Assembly: GCA_031423015.1 (NCBI GenBank)
Contig: JANPER010000185.1
Coordinates: 38,026-102,025 of the forward strand
DNA length: 64,000 nucleotides
Reading direction: 5' to 3'
Source of the DNA: Planctomycetota bacterium
GTDB lineage: Bacteria > Planctomycetota > UBA1135 > UBA2386
Shown: positions 55,190-64,000 of the stretch, piece after piece
How positions within the stretch are numbered: the first letter of the stretch is position 1
Layout: each line of letters begins with the position of its first letter
Notes under the pieces: generated by a model
What the model saw: only the letters and a program-made list of their open reading frames with translations
The model's database searches: none
Told to the model about the DNA's origin: nothing
Position numbers and translations under genes: made by a program

Positions 55190-57646
55190 ATGCTCCACCG
55201 CCTGGCAATCACCGCATCGTTCGCGCTCGCCGGCTGCATCGCCGCGCGACCCGACCCTCTCGTACGTCGAGGAGCCCCTTTGCCTGCCGACGCGTTTGCC
55301 GCTAATGGCGGCCAGTGGCCGGCCGAGGTCTGCTTCGCGCGCCGCGTCGCCGGCGGCCAGGTGTGGCTGGAAGCCCTTGCGCTGACCATCCAGCTGCCGG
55401 TGCCGGGCACTTCGGAAGCGGCACGCACGCTGGCCATCCGCCTGCGTCTGTCGCATCACGGCGCGGTGGCGCCAGCTGGCGCTGGCACGGCCGGCGCTCG
55501 ACACGCGTACTTCACCGGCCCTGAAGCCAGCGTCGGCCCGGTGCCGAGCTACGACAGTGTTGTCTACGCCGGCGTGCATCCGGGCGTCGACGTGCGCGTG
55601 CGCGTGCACGCCGGCCGCCTCGAGTACGACGTCGAGCTCGCTGCCGGCGCGAGTCTCGCGGGCTGGCAGATCGACGTCGAAGGCGCCGATACGCTGGCGA
55701 TCGCCGCCGACGGCGCGCTGCTGATGCACACACCGGGCGGCACCGTGCGCCAGGCACCGGCGCACACCTACCAGACCACGGACGCGGGCCAGCGGAACGC
55801 AGTGCCTTGCTGCTACGAGCTGCGCGGCCCGCACAGCTTCGGCTTTCGCGTCGACCGCGTCGACGTGGCGCTGCCGACCACGATCGATCCGGGCCTCGAC
55901 TGGTCGACCTTCCTCGGCGGATCGTCGTACGAGTTCGCCTACGCATCGGCGCCGGCGCCGAGCGGGGGCACCGTGGTCGTCGGCGAGACCGCCTCGACCA
56001 ACTTCCCGGTGACGTCTGGCGCGTATGACACCAGCTACAACGGGATGGGTGCTCCCAGCGCGGACGTCTTCGTGACGCGCCTCGACGCCGCCGGCCAACT
56101 CGTCTACTCGACCTATCTCGGCGGCAGCGACGGCGACAAGCCGTATGGGGTCGCCGTGACGGCGGGCGGCGAGGCGATTGTCGTGGGGAACACTTTGTCG
56201 AGCGATTTCCCGACGACCGCCGGTGCGTGGTCGCGCACCATGTCCGGACGCTCGGACGGCTTTGTCGCGCGCCTCAGTGCCAGCGGTGCGGCCCTGCTGG
56301 CGTCGACGTTCCTCGGCGGCAACGACGGTGAGGTGGTGCAAGCGGTCGCGCTCGACTCGCAAGGTCGCGCCGTCGTCGCCGGCGTCACGTCGTCGTCGGA
56401 CTATCCGGTGACCGCCGGCGCGTGGAACGCCGCGGGCGGCGGCACCTCGGACGCGTTCGCGACGTGCGTCAGCATCGCCGCCGACAGCCTTGTGTGGTCG
56501 AGCGTGTTCGGTGGTCGCTCCGGTGACGTCGCGCAAGCGGTCGCCGCCAACGACAGCACGTTCGTCGCCGGCGTGACCTCGTCTGCCGATTTCCCGACCA
56601 CGGCCGGGTCCTTCCAACGCGTCGCCAACGGCACCTCCGACGGCTTCGTGGTGAAGCTGTCCCCGGGCGGTACCGCCGCGACCTGGTCGACCCTGCTTGG
56701 CGGTGGCAACGGCGACGTCATCGAGGCAGTCTGCGTGGCCGCCGGCGATCGCCCCGTCGTCGGTGGGGTGACGTCGTCGAACGACTTCCCGACCACGCCG
56801 GGCGCGTTCAGCCGCGTCGTGCGCGGGTCCTCGGACACGTTCGTGACCAAGTTCGCGCAGGATGGGTCGCGGCTCGCGTTCTCCACCGTCCTCGGCGGCG
56901 GCTCCGGCGATGTCGGCAAGGACATCGCGCTCGACCTCACCGGCGCCGTGGTGGTCGGCGGGCAAACCTCGTCGAGCGATTTCCCGGTGACCCCGCGTGC
57001 CTACCAGGGACAGGCGCGCGGCTCGGCCGACGGCTTCCTCGCGCGCGTGAGCCCCGACGGTTCGGCGCTGCTGGAAGCGACCTATCTCGGCGGTGGCGGC
57101 AGCGATGGCGGCGAAGGCGCTTCGATCGACGCCGCGCGCACGGCGACCCTCGTCGGCGTGACCAACTCATCCGACTACCCGGTGACCGCCGGCGCTGTGC
57201 GCGGCTCGCTCTCCGGCACCAACGATGCGTTCGTCGCGCGCTTGCCGCTGACCGAGTGTCTGGACGTCGCCTACGGCAGCTCCACGCCGTCGTGCCGGGG
57301 TCCGCTCGCACTCGGCCTTGGCCGCTGCGCCTACGCCGGCGACGCCGCGTTTGCCGTGGTCGCCAGCAACGCGCCGGAGTTCGCACCGGGCGTGCTGTTG
57401 CTCGGCGGCGCACCTTTGCCTGGCGTGCCGATCGTCGGCATCACGCTGTGGGTCGACCCGTCGCCGCCGGCCATCACGCTGCCGCTGAGCAGCGACCAGG
57501 ACGGCACCGCTCGTCTGCGCTTGCCACTGACCGGCGTCGGTCCCGGACCGCGGCTGTTCACCCAGGCGGTCTTCGTCAACCCGGCTGCATGCACCGGCTT
57601 CCCCCTCTTGTCGGCGACGCGGGGGCTCGAGTTCCGGATCCAATGA
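55190..57646 (+). CDS. SBBP beta-propeller-repeat lipoprotein with shared C-terminal module
   Basis: Internal ATG of ORF 55052..57646. Lipobox FALAGC. At least 8 repeats of the type DAFVTRL...G..L.YSTYLGG...D...GVAV...G.A.V.G.T.SSDFP.T.GA. Confidence 0.85.
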   Translation: MLHRLAITASFALAGCIAARPDPLVRRGAPLPADAFAANGGQWPAEVCFARRVAGGQVWLEALALTIQLPVPGTSEAARTLAIRLRLSHHGAVAPAGAGTAGARHAYFTGPEASVGPVPSYDSVVYAGVHPGVDVRVRVHAGRLEYDVELAAGASLAGWQIDVEGADTLAIAADGALLMHTPGGTVRQAPAHTYQTTDAGQRNAVPCCYELRGPHSFGFRVDRVDVALPTTIDPGLDWSTFLGGSSYEFAYASAPAPSGGTVVVGETASTNFPVTSGAYDTSYNGMGAPSADVFVTRLDAAGQLVYSTYLGGSDGDKPYGVAVTAGGEAIVVGNTLSSDFPTTAGAWSRTMSGRSDGFVARLSASGAALLASTFLGGNDGEVVQAVALDSQGRAVVAGVTSSSDYPVTAGAWNAAGGGTSDAFATCVSIAADSLVWSSVFGGRSGDVAQAVAANDSTFVAGVTSSADFPTTAGSFQRVANGTSDGFVVKLSPGGTAATWSTLLGGGNGDVIEAVCVAAGDRPVVGGVTSSNDFPTTPGAFSRVVRGSSDTFVTKFAQDGSRLAFSTVLGGGSGDVGKDIALDLTGAVVVGGQTSSSDFPVTPRAYQGQARGSADGFLARVSPDGSALLEATYLGGGGSDGGEGASIDAARTATLVGVTNSSDYPVTAGAVRGSLSGTNDAFVARLPLTECLDVAYGSSTPSCRGPLALGLGRCAYAGDAAFAVVASNAPEFAPGVLLLGGAPLPGVPIVGITLWVDPSPPAITLPLSSDQDGTARLRLPLTGVGPGPRLFTQAVFVNPAACTGFPLLSATRGLEFRIQ

Positions 57647-58551
57647 CCGCACTCGCTCCGCGGCGCAGCGACAAGCACAGTGCCTTCTTGTGGGCTGCGT
57701 GCGGATCTTTGCTCGGCGTCGCGGTCGGTGCGGGCCTCACGTGGTCGTTCGCCGCGCAAACGGCAACGGTGTCGGCTGGCAGCGATCTCGACGCTCGCCT
57801 CGCGGAGCTCGACCGACGCGTCGAAGCGCTCGCACGCGCGCGCGAGCGCAGCGCCGAGGTTACGCTCGACTCCAAGGCAGCACGCACGGTTGCGGGCGGT
57901 GTCGACCCAGACCTGCTGGCACACCTCGTCGAGGATCAGTTGCGCGCGCGAGGCCTCGTGCCGGCGAGTGACGCACCCGTGGTTGCGAGTCGGTCGGAGC
58001 TGAGCACCGATCAGGCTCTCGCTCTGGTGCGCGAGATCCCGGCGACCGGCGATCGCAGCGCCGCGTGGGAACGCATCCGCAAAGAAGGCCGGCTCGACGA
58101 CGTCGTCGCCCGCCTTGCGCGGGCGGTCGAAGAGGATCCGCGCAACCCTGACGCGAAGGTCGAACTCGGCCTGGCCTACGTGCAGAAGATGCTGGCCATG
58201 GCTGAGGGCGCCGAGAAAGCCCGTGTTGGCGAGCAGGTAGATGCCGCGTTCACTGCCGCCTTGGAAGCAGACCCCAACCACTGGCACGCGCGTTTTCGCA
58301 AAGCAGAAGGCCTCAGCTACTGGCCGCCGCTGTCCGGCAAGAGCGGCGAGGCGATCCATCACTTCGAGACTCTCGTTCGCCAACAAGACAGCACTAGTCC
58401 TCGTCCGGAAGAGGCTCGGACCTACCTCTACCTTGGCAACCTGTACGAGCAGCAGGGCCAGTTCGACAAGGCTGCTGCGATTTGGGCCAAGGGGATACAG
58501 CGGCATCCCGACGATTCTGGCTTGGTCCACAAGCAGCAGAGCGGCCGCTGA
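57643..58551 (+). CDS. membrane-anchored TPR-like protein
   Basis: Internal ATG 57643 (ATGA overlap). TM FLWAACGSLLGVAVGAGLTW, then a coiled coil and TPR-like units (ARTYLYLGNLYEQQGQFDKAAAIWAKGIQ). Confidence 0.7.
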   Translation: MTALAPRRSDKHSAFLWAACGSLLGVAVGAGLTWSFAAQTATVSAGSDLDARLAELDRRVEALARARERSAEVTLDSKAARTVAGGVDPDLLAHLVEDQLRARGLVPASDAPVVASRSELSTDQALALVREIPATGDRSAAWERIRKEGRLDDVVARLARAVEEDPRNPDAKVELGLAYVQKMLAMAEGAEKARVGEQVDAAFTAALEADPNHWHARFRKAEGLSYWPPLSGKSGEAIHHFETLVRQQDSTSPRPEEARTYLYLGNLYEQQGQFDKAAAIWAKGIQRHPDDSGLVHKQQSGR

Positions 58552-58790
58552 TCACGTGTCCGCCGCCCAGGACGACCCCCCATCGTCGCCATGGCGAAGC
58601 ATGCGCAACGCTCGGTTTTCAGCAACCGACACGCGCTCTCGCGAACAACCGGACATGCATACGCCGCACTTGCGTTTGCGTTGCTGTCTCCCTCCTCTGC
58701 ACGACCGTCGCGTGCTGGAATACAACGGGTAGGCCGTTCTCGTTCTCGCTCCTGCTTCCTCGGAAGCGGGCACCCGGATCCGACACGCCA

Positions 58791-59321
58791 CTACCCGCCA
58801 AGGTTGCGGTAGTACACCGTCGTGCTGCAAAGCCCACCCCGCGGCATGAGCGCATAGCCGGGGATCTCCCCCACACAAACCCAGCCGAGGCGCTCGTACA
58901 ACCGAGCGGCGTCACCACCAGTCACCGCATCGAGCACCAGCAGCGTCTTGCCGCACGCACGGCCCATGGCCTCCGCCGCCTGGACCAGGGCCGCCCCCAA
59001 CCCTTGGCGACGCACGCGGCGATGCACCAGCATCTTCGCCAAGTCGGCGCGATGCGGTTGGTTCTCGGGCTGGGCTAGCACCAACTGCACGGTGCCGCAG
59101 ATGCCCAGATCATCTTCGGCGACGAGCACCGCGCGTTCGCCGACGGCGACACCTTGCGCCACGCGGCGCCAGAACGCCAGCGCCCGGTCGCGCGTCAGCG
59201 GATGCATGAAGCTGACCGACGCATCGCCGTCGACGCAGTCGATCAGCACATCGGCGAGTTCGTCGACCTGCGCGTCATCGAGCGCGTGCAGGCGTCGCAG
59301 AGACCAGGCGGGTGTCATCAT
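58791..59321 (-). CDS. GNAT-family N-acetyltransferase
   Basis: Internal ATG 59321 of ORF 58791..59738. Acetyl-CoA motif VHRRVRRQGLGAALV. Confidence 0.8.
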   Translation of the reverse strand: MMTPAWSLRRLHALDDAQVDELADVLIDCVDGDASVSFMHPLTRDRALAFWRRVAQGVAVGERAVLVAEDDLGICGTVQLVLAQPENQPHRADLAKMLVHRRVRRQGLGAALVQAAEAMGRACGKTLLVLDAVTGGDAARLYERLGWVCVGEIPGYALMPRGGLCSTTVYYRNLGG

Positions 59322-59423
59322 GGGTTGCGGGCGGGTGCGGACGCGATCTCCTGCATAGCGCGCAGCCATCGGTACCGGAATGCGGAACATCAGCAGACGG
59401 TCGCGCCCCGCTAGGATGCGAGC

Positions 59424-59795
59424 ATGCACCGCATCCCAGGCGCCACCTGCGCGTCCTTCCTGCTTGCCTCGTGCCTTGCCGGATGCGGTGACCTGAAGGA
59501 CTCCTACGGCAAGGAGTACGTGATCTACGACTCCAAGCGAGGCTCGGCCGGCGCGCAACAGACGTCGGCGGCCACGGCCACGTCGGCGGAGTTCGCCCGC
59601 ATCCTGCTGCTCGAACAGGTGCGCAGCGAACTTCTGCACGCGATCGCCGACGGCCTCGACGCCGACGGTGGGCTCGCGCGCAAGCAGCGTGCGGTGGAAG
59701 ACGAACTGAACGCGCGCGTCACCGCGGCTGGCGCGCAACTCGCAGGCTGGCGCGCGGCGCGCGCCGCCGAATTGAAGGCTTTCCTGACGCAGTAG
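59424..59795 (+). CDS. hypothetical lipoprotein
   Basis: 123 aa with lipobox LLASCLAGC. Confidence 0.55.
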   Translation: MHRIPGATCASFLLASCLAGCGDLKDSYGKEYVIYDSKRGSAGAQQTSAATATSAEFARILLLEQVRSELLHAIADGLDADGGLARKQRAVEDELNARVTAAGAQLAGWRAARAAELKAFLTQ

Positions 59796-59828
59796 ACCGC
59801 CAGGTGCGACCGGCGCGCGAGCGCGCGG

Positions 59829-61058
59829 CTACTTCTTCGGCGTCGGATCCTTGGCGGCAAACAGCTTCTTGAACTGGCCGTAGCCCTCGGCCTCCAGGCG
59901 GTCGGCCGGGACGAACCGCAGGCTCGCGCTGTTGATGCAGTAGCGCAGGCGCGTGGGCGCCGGGCCGTCGTCGAACACGTGGCCCAGGTGGCTGTCCACC
60001 CGCTTGCTGCGCACCTCGCTGCGCACCATGCCGTGCCGGCGGTCAGTCTTGTCGGCGATGCTCTCGGGCTCGAGCGGGCGGGTGAAGCTGGGCCACCCCG
60101 TGCCGCTGTCGAACTTGTCGGTCGAGCTGAAGAGCGGCTCGCCGCTGACGATGTCGACGTAAATCCCCGCAGCGTGGTTGTCCCAGAACTCGTTGCGGAA
60201 GGCCGGCTCGGTGCCCTCCTGCTGCGTCACCGAAAACTGCAGCGGCGTCAACTTGGCCTTCAGCTCGGCCGCCGATGGCTTCTTGTAGTCGGGCTTTTGA
60301 TACTCAGGCTTGATGCCGTCTTGCATGGTGTCGTTCTCCTTGCGAAGGGTCGCCGCCAACATCGGACGAACCGTCGGGCGAATCGGCGGCTTATCTTTCC
60401 AGACGCGCTCGATGTAGGGGCCGCGACCAGAACCCCGCTTGTAGTCCCCGTAGCGCGCCGGGTTCTTGTGGTGGTAATCCTGATGGTAGTCCTCCGCGGC
60501 GTAGAAGAGGCCCGCCGGCACGACCGGGGTGGTGATCGCGCTTTCGAACCAGCCGCTGTTCGCGACGAAGTCCTTCGAGGCCTGCGCGATCGCGCGCTGG
60601 ACGTCGTTGTGCACGAAGATCGCCGGGCGGTACTGCTTGCCGCGATCCGCGAACTGACCGCCCACGTCGGTCGGGTTGGTCTGCCGCCAATACACGTCGA
60701 GGATCTCGGCGTAGGTGATCTTCTCAGGGTCGAAGCGGATCTCGACCGCCTCGCAATGGCCCGTCATCCCCGACGCGACCTGCTCGTAGGTCGGGTTCTT
60801 CTCGGGGCCGCCGGTGTAGCCCGAGACCGCCGACAACACGCCTTTGAGGTCGTCGAAGGCCGACTCGACACACCAAAAGCAACCGCCGGCCACCGTGGCG
60901 ATCTCGACGCCGGGCGTGGCCTGTTGGGTCGCGGCCGATGTGCCGGGGGCAGCCTGGGCCGCGGCGGCTGGTTGGCCAGCTGAGCAGGAAGCGAGGGCGA
61001 CGATGGGGCCGGCGAACAGGGTGGTCAGGGTGGGTCGCATGGCGGTCAGGTAAGACAT
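59829..61058 (-). CDS. msrAB: exported bifunctional methionine sulfoxide reductase MsrA/MsrB
   Basis: Internal ATG 61058 of ORF 59829..61268. Signal/lipobox ...PIVALASC. MsrA GGCFWCVE. MsrB GWPSF...[10 protein letters not shown]...RYCINS. Confidence 0.9.
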   Translation of the reverse strand: MSYLTAMRPTLTTLFAGPIVALASCSAGQPAAAAQAAPGTSAATQQATPGVEIATVAGGCFWCVESAFDDLKGVLSAVSGYTGGPEKNPTYEQVASGMTGHCEAVEIRFDPEKITYAEILDVYWRQTNPTDVGGQFADRGKQYRPAIFVHNDVQRAIAQASKDFVANSGWFESAITTPVVPAGLFYAAEDYHQDYHHKNPARYGDYKRGSGRGPYIERVWKDKPPIRPTVRPMLAATLRKENDTMQDGIKPEYQKPDYKKPSAAELKAKLTPLQFSVTQQEGTEPAFRNEFWDNHAAGIYVDIVSGEPLFSSTDKFDSGTGWPSFTRPLEPESIADKTDRRHGMVRSEVRSKRVDSHLGHVFDDGPAPTRLRYCINSASLRFVPADRLEAEGYGQFKKLFAAKDPTPKK

Positions 61059-61291
61059 AAGTTCGCGCGTTTGATGCGGGGAAGCGCAGCCGCGGTCAGG
61101 TTTCGTGAGGTTTTTTTCTGGGACGCCTATGGCGTGTCGCGACGGAAACAGCCGAACCGACAAGCACTCGATGCCCAGTGTCCGCTGGACAAGGTAGGGC
61201 GCGCATTGCATCCTGTCGCTTAGGTCGCCTCGCGCGTGCCGGTGCCGCAGCAGTTGCCGCGCGCACAACCTATCTACGAGGACTGAACATC

Positions 61292-61396
61292 ATGGCCAAA
61301 GGCATCGAACCGAAGAAAGACGCCAAGAAGAAGCCGGCGAAGACGATGAAAGAGAAGCGCGCCGACAAGAAGGCAAAGAAGCAGGCCAAGGGCTGA
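61292..61396 (+). CDS. 34-aa lysine-rich small protein (candidate)
   Basis: MAKGIEPKKDAKKKPAKTMKEKRADKKAKKQAKG. GAGGA lies 9 nt upstream of the ATG. The local drop in GC is driven by AAG/AAA codons. Confidence 0.45.
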   Translation: MAKGIEPKKDAKKKPAKTMKEKRADKKAKKQAKG

Positions 61397-61433
61397 GCCG
61401 GGGGCTGAGCCAAGGCGACACTGCCTTCTCAGC

Positions 61434-63956
61434 TCAGGCCCACAGAACCAGGTCGCCCACGCGCACGCGCATGCCGTACGCGTACGAACCGGAGCGATCG
61501 ACGCGGTGCGAACCCTCGAAGGTGTAGACCGTCCCGCGCGGCGATCCCGCCGCGTGCAGCGCGAGGCACCGCGCGCGCTGTAGGTCGACCTCGCCCTTGC
61601 GGTGCCCAACGACCAGCTCGACGGCGACGTCGCCAGGCAAGAGCCCGCCGAGGTCGATCTCCATGTGCGCGTCCAGCAGACCGCCCACCGCGAGCTTGGC
61701 CGGGTCCGACACCTGCACCGAAGCGATGCGAATCTTGTCGAAGCCCTTGCGGACGCGCTGGGCATCGTCGGCGAGACGACGCGCCTTGGCGAACGCCTCG
61801 CGCCCGAGTTCCAAGGCGGCACCCGCCAGCGGCCGATACGCCTTCTCGAGGTAGTCGCTCACCATGCGGTCGGTGTTGAACGCCGCGGGCACGGTGGCGA
61901 GACACTCGCGCATGCGCTCGATCCAGCCCTGCGGCAGGCCCTTGGCGTCGCGCGTGAAGAACAACGGCACCACGCTCTCTTCGAGCAAGCGATACAGCGT
62001 GCTGCTGTCGAACTGATCCTGCAGCTCCTGGTCGTCGTAGATCCGCGCCGCGCCGATCTGCCAGCCATTGCTGCCATTCCACGCCTCCGGCCACCAGCCG
62101 TCGCCGATCGACAGATTGAGCGCGCCGTTCGCCGCGGCTTTCATGCCCGACGTGCCGCTCGCCTCCAACAAGTGCGTCGGATTGTTGAGCCACACGTCGA
62201 CGCCGCGCACCAAGGCGCGCGCCAGCGACATGTCGTAGTCCTCGATGAAGAACACCTTGCCGGCCATCTTGTCGGCGCGCGTGCGCCGCGCGATGTCGCG
62301 CAGGATGTCTTGCCCCATCTTGTCGCGCGGGTGCGCCTTGCCGGCGATGAGTACGCGCACCGGGCGATCGGCGTCTTCGACGATGCGCAGCAGGCGGTCG
62401 ACGTCCTTGAACAGCAGGTGGGCGCGCTTGTACGGCGCAAAGCGCCGGGCGAAGCCGATGAACAGCGCGCGCTCGTCGAGCCCGGCTTGCATGCGGCCCA
62501 ACAGGATCGGGCTGTCCTTGCGGCGCAAGAACGCCGTCTCGAGCGCCTTCTGCACGTGCTCGATCAGGTCGCGCTTGTCGGCTTGCCGCGCTTGCCAGAG
62601 GCCGGGCGCCGGCAAGTCGCGCGCACGCGAAAAGTCGGCCGGGCGCAGCTGCCGATTGCGCGCGCCGAGCAACTCCGCCAGGCGCGGACCGGTCCAGGTC
62701 GACAAGTGAATGCCGTTGGTCACCGACTGCACCGGCACTTCACTGCGCAGCAGGCCCGGCCAGTACGGCTGCAGCAGCTCGCGCGACACCTCGCCGTGCA
62801 ACTTGCTGACGCCGTTGCAGAACGACGCGAAGGTCAGCGCGAGGTACGTCATGTTGAACGTAGCGCCGTCGTGCTCGGTGCGCCCCAGCGCGTAGAAGCG
62901 ATCCCACGGCACCCCCACCCACTCCTCGGCGTCGGCGAAGTAGCGGCGCATCACGTCTTCGCCAAAGCGATCGTGCCCGGCCGGCACCGGCGTGTGCGTG
63001 GTGAACAGCGTGGTGCCGCGCACGAACTCGCGCGCCGCGTCGAAGGTCAGCCCCTCTTCTCGCACCAGGCGCGACACGCGCTCCAAGGTGAGGAACGCGG
63101 CGTGCCCCTCGTTCATGTGGAACACCGACGGCCGGATGCCGAGGCGCACCAGCAGACGCTTACCGCCGCGACCGAGCGCGATCAGCTGCTGGATGCGCGT
63201 CTCGGCGTCGCCGCCGTACAGGTTGCGCGTGATGTCGCGGTCCTCGACACGGTTGCTCGGCGTGTTCGAGTCCAGCAGGTACAGCGTGACTCTGCCGACC
63301 ATCACCTTCCACACCCGCAAGAAGATCTCGCGGCCGGGCAGTTTGATGCGCACTTCGAGGTGTCCGCCCTTGTCGTCGCGCACCGCCTCCAGCGGCAACA
63401 GGTGCGGCTCGTTCTCGATGTCGATGGCGAGCTGCTCGCCGTCGGCGGTGAGCCGCTGCGCCATGTAGCCCATGCGATAGAACAGGCCGATCGCCAGGAA
63501 CGGCACGCCGAGGTCACTCGCTGACTTGAGGTGATCGCCCGCCAGCACCCCGAGCCCGCCGCTGTAGATCGGCAGCGACTCGTGGATGCCATACTCAGCA
63601 CAGAAGTACGCGACCGGCCGATCCGCGGTGATGCCCTCGGGCGGCCGCGGACGCACGTTCATGTAGTCGTCGAAGCGCGTGAGCACGGCGCGGAGGCGCG
63701 CCAAGTAGTCGCGGTCCTTGGCCTTGGCCGTGAGGTCTTCGGGATACAGCCGCTGCAAGAACGCCACCGGGTTGCGGCCGCTTAGCTGCCACTGCGCCGG
63801 CGACAGCTCGGCGAGCACCGCCTCGGCGTCTTGGTTCCAGCACCACCACAGGTTGCGCGACAGACGCATCAGGCCGCGCAGCTCGTCGGGCAGACTCGAT
63901 GCGACCTCGAAGCCTGACAGGCGCGGCGTGCGCCCGTGTTGCGGCGCGTGGGTCAA
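61434..63956 (-). CDS. glgP: alpha-glucan (glycogen/maltodextrin) phosphorylase, GlgP family
   Basis: 840 aa, TTG start as drawn (start uncertain). EYGIHESLPIYSGGLGVLAGDHLKSASDLGVP. PLP-lysine motif EASGTSGMKAAANG. Confidence 0.92.
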   Translation of the reverse strand: MTHAPQHGRTPRLSGFEVASSLPDELRGLMRLSRNLWWCWNQDAEAVLAELSPAQWQLSGRNPVAFLQRLYPEDLTAKAKDRDYLARLRAVLTRFDDYMNVRPRPPEGITADRPVAYFCAEYGIHESLPIYSGGLGVLAGDHLKSASDLGVPFLAIGLFYRMGYMAQRLTADGEQLAIDIENEPHLLPLEAVRDDKGGHLEVRIKLPGREIFLRVWKVMVGRVTLYLLDSNTPSNRVEDRDITRNLYGGDAETRIQQLIALGRGGKRLLVRLGIRPSVFHMNEGHAAFLTLERVSRLVREEGLTFDAAREFVRGTTLFTTHTPVPAGHDRFGEDVMRRYFADAEEWVGVPWDRFYALGRTEHDGATFNMTYLALTFASFCNGVSKLHGEVSRELLQPYWPGLLRSEVPVQSVTNGIHLSTWTGPRLAELLGARNRQLRPADFSRARDLPAPGLWQARQADKRDLIEHVQKALETAFLRRKDSPILLGRMQAGLDERALFIGFARRFAPYKRAHLLFKDVDRLLRIVEDADRPVRVLIAGKAHPRDKMGQDILRDIARRTRADKMAGKVFFIEDYDMSLARALVRGVDVWLNNPTHLLEASGTSGMKAAANGALNLSIGDGWWPEAWNGSNGWQIGAARIYDDQELQDQFDSSTLYRLLEESVVPLFFTRDAKGLPQGWIERMRECLATVPAAFNTDRMVSDYLEKAYRPLAGAALELGREAFAKARRLADDAQRVRKGFDKIRIASVQVSDPAKLAVGGLLDAHMEIDLGGLLPGDVAVELVVGHRKGEVDLQRARCLALHAAGSPRGTVYTFEGSHRVDRSGSYAYGMRVRVGDLVLWA

Positions 63957-64000
63957 GGTCAGCTTGGGCTTGCGCGGCTGCGGCGTGCCCTGCTGCGCGC

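Overview
Very GC-rich bacterial chromosomal window (high-60s % GC by eye, not computed). The lineage cannot be fixed from here. The gene content is typical of Planctomycetota- or Myxococcota-like genomes: ECF sigma/Ser-Thr kinase pairs, a kinase-FGE fusion, DUF4388, and many secreted beta-helix or SBBP proteins whose signal peptides end in AQ. I support about 50 protein-coding genes, 2 tRNAs and one IS1634-family insertion with a 6-bp target duplication. There are two type II TA pairs (RHH/Doc, HicAB), an RND efflux operon with two tandem pumps, and a pilT/pilT-like/HEAT-repeat operon. A GT2 synthase fused to a clan GH-A-like hydrolase sits next to an SBBP lipoprotein. Housekeeping genes include an arginase-family enzyme, APC permease, S41 peptidase, rhomboid, MsrAB and GlgP. 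No rRNA and no CRISPR array. Most of the long ORFs in the six-frame track that lie antisense to these genes are high-GC shadow ORFs. Four things deserve a second look. (1) A tRNA-Ala-linked island (34.7-39.0 kb) in which an integrase and type I R-M genes survive only as internally deleted skeletons, while a small DCD/PUA-like ORF between them is intact. (2) At the left edge, a kinase-TM-FGE ORF absent from the ORF track reads without a stop into a self-contained HRDC-type module. (3) A roughly 100-aa C-terminal module is shared by at least six unrelated secreted proteins plus one decayed copy. (4) An ECF sigma/Ser-Thr kinase pair in which both genes are frame-disrupted.
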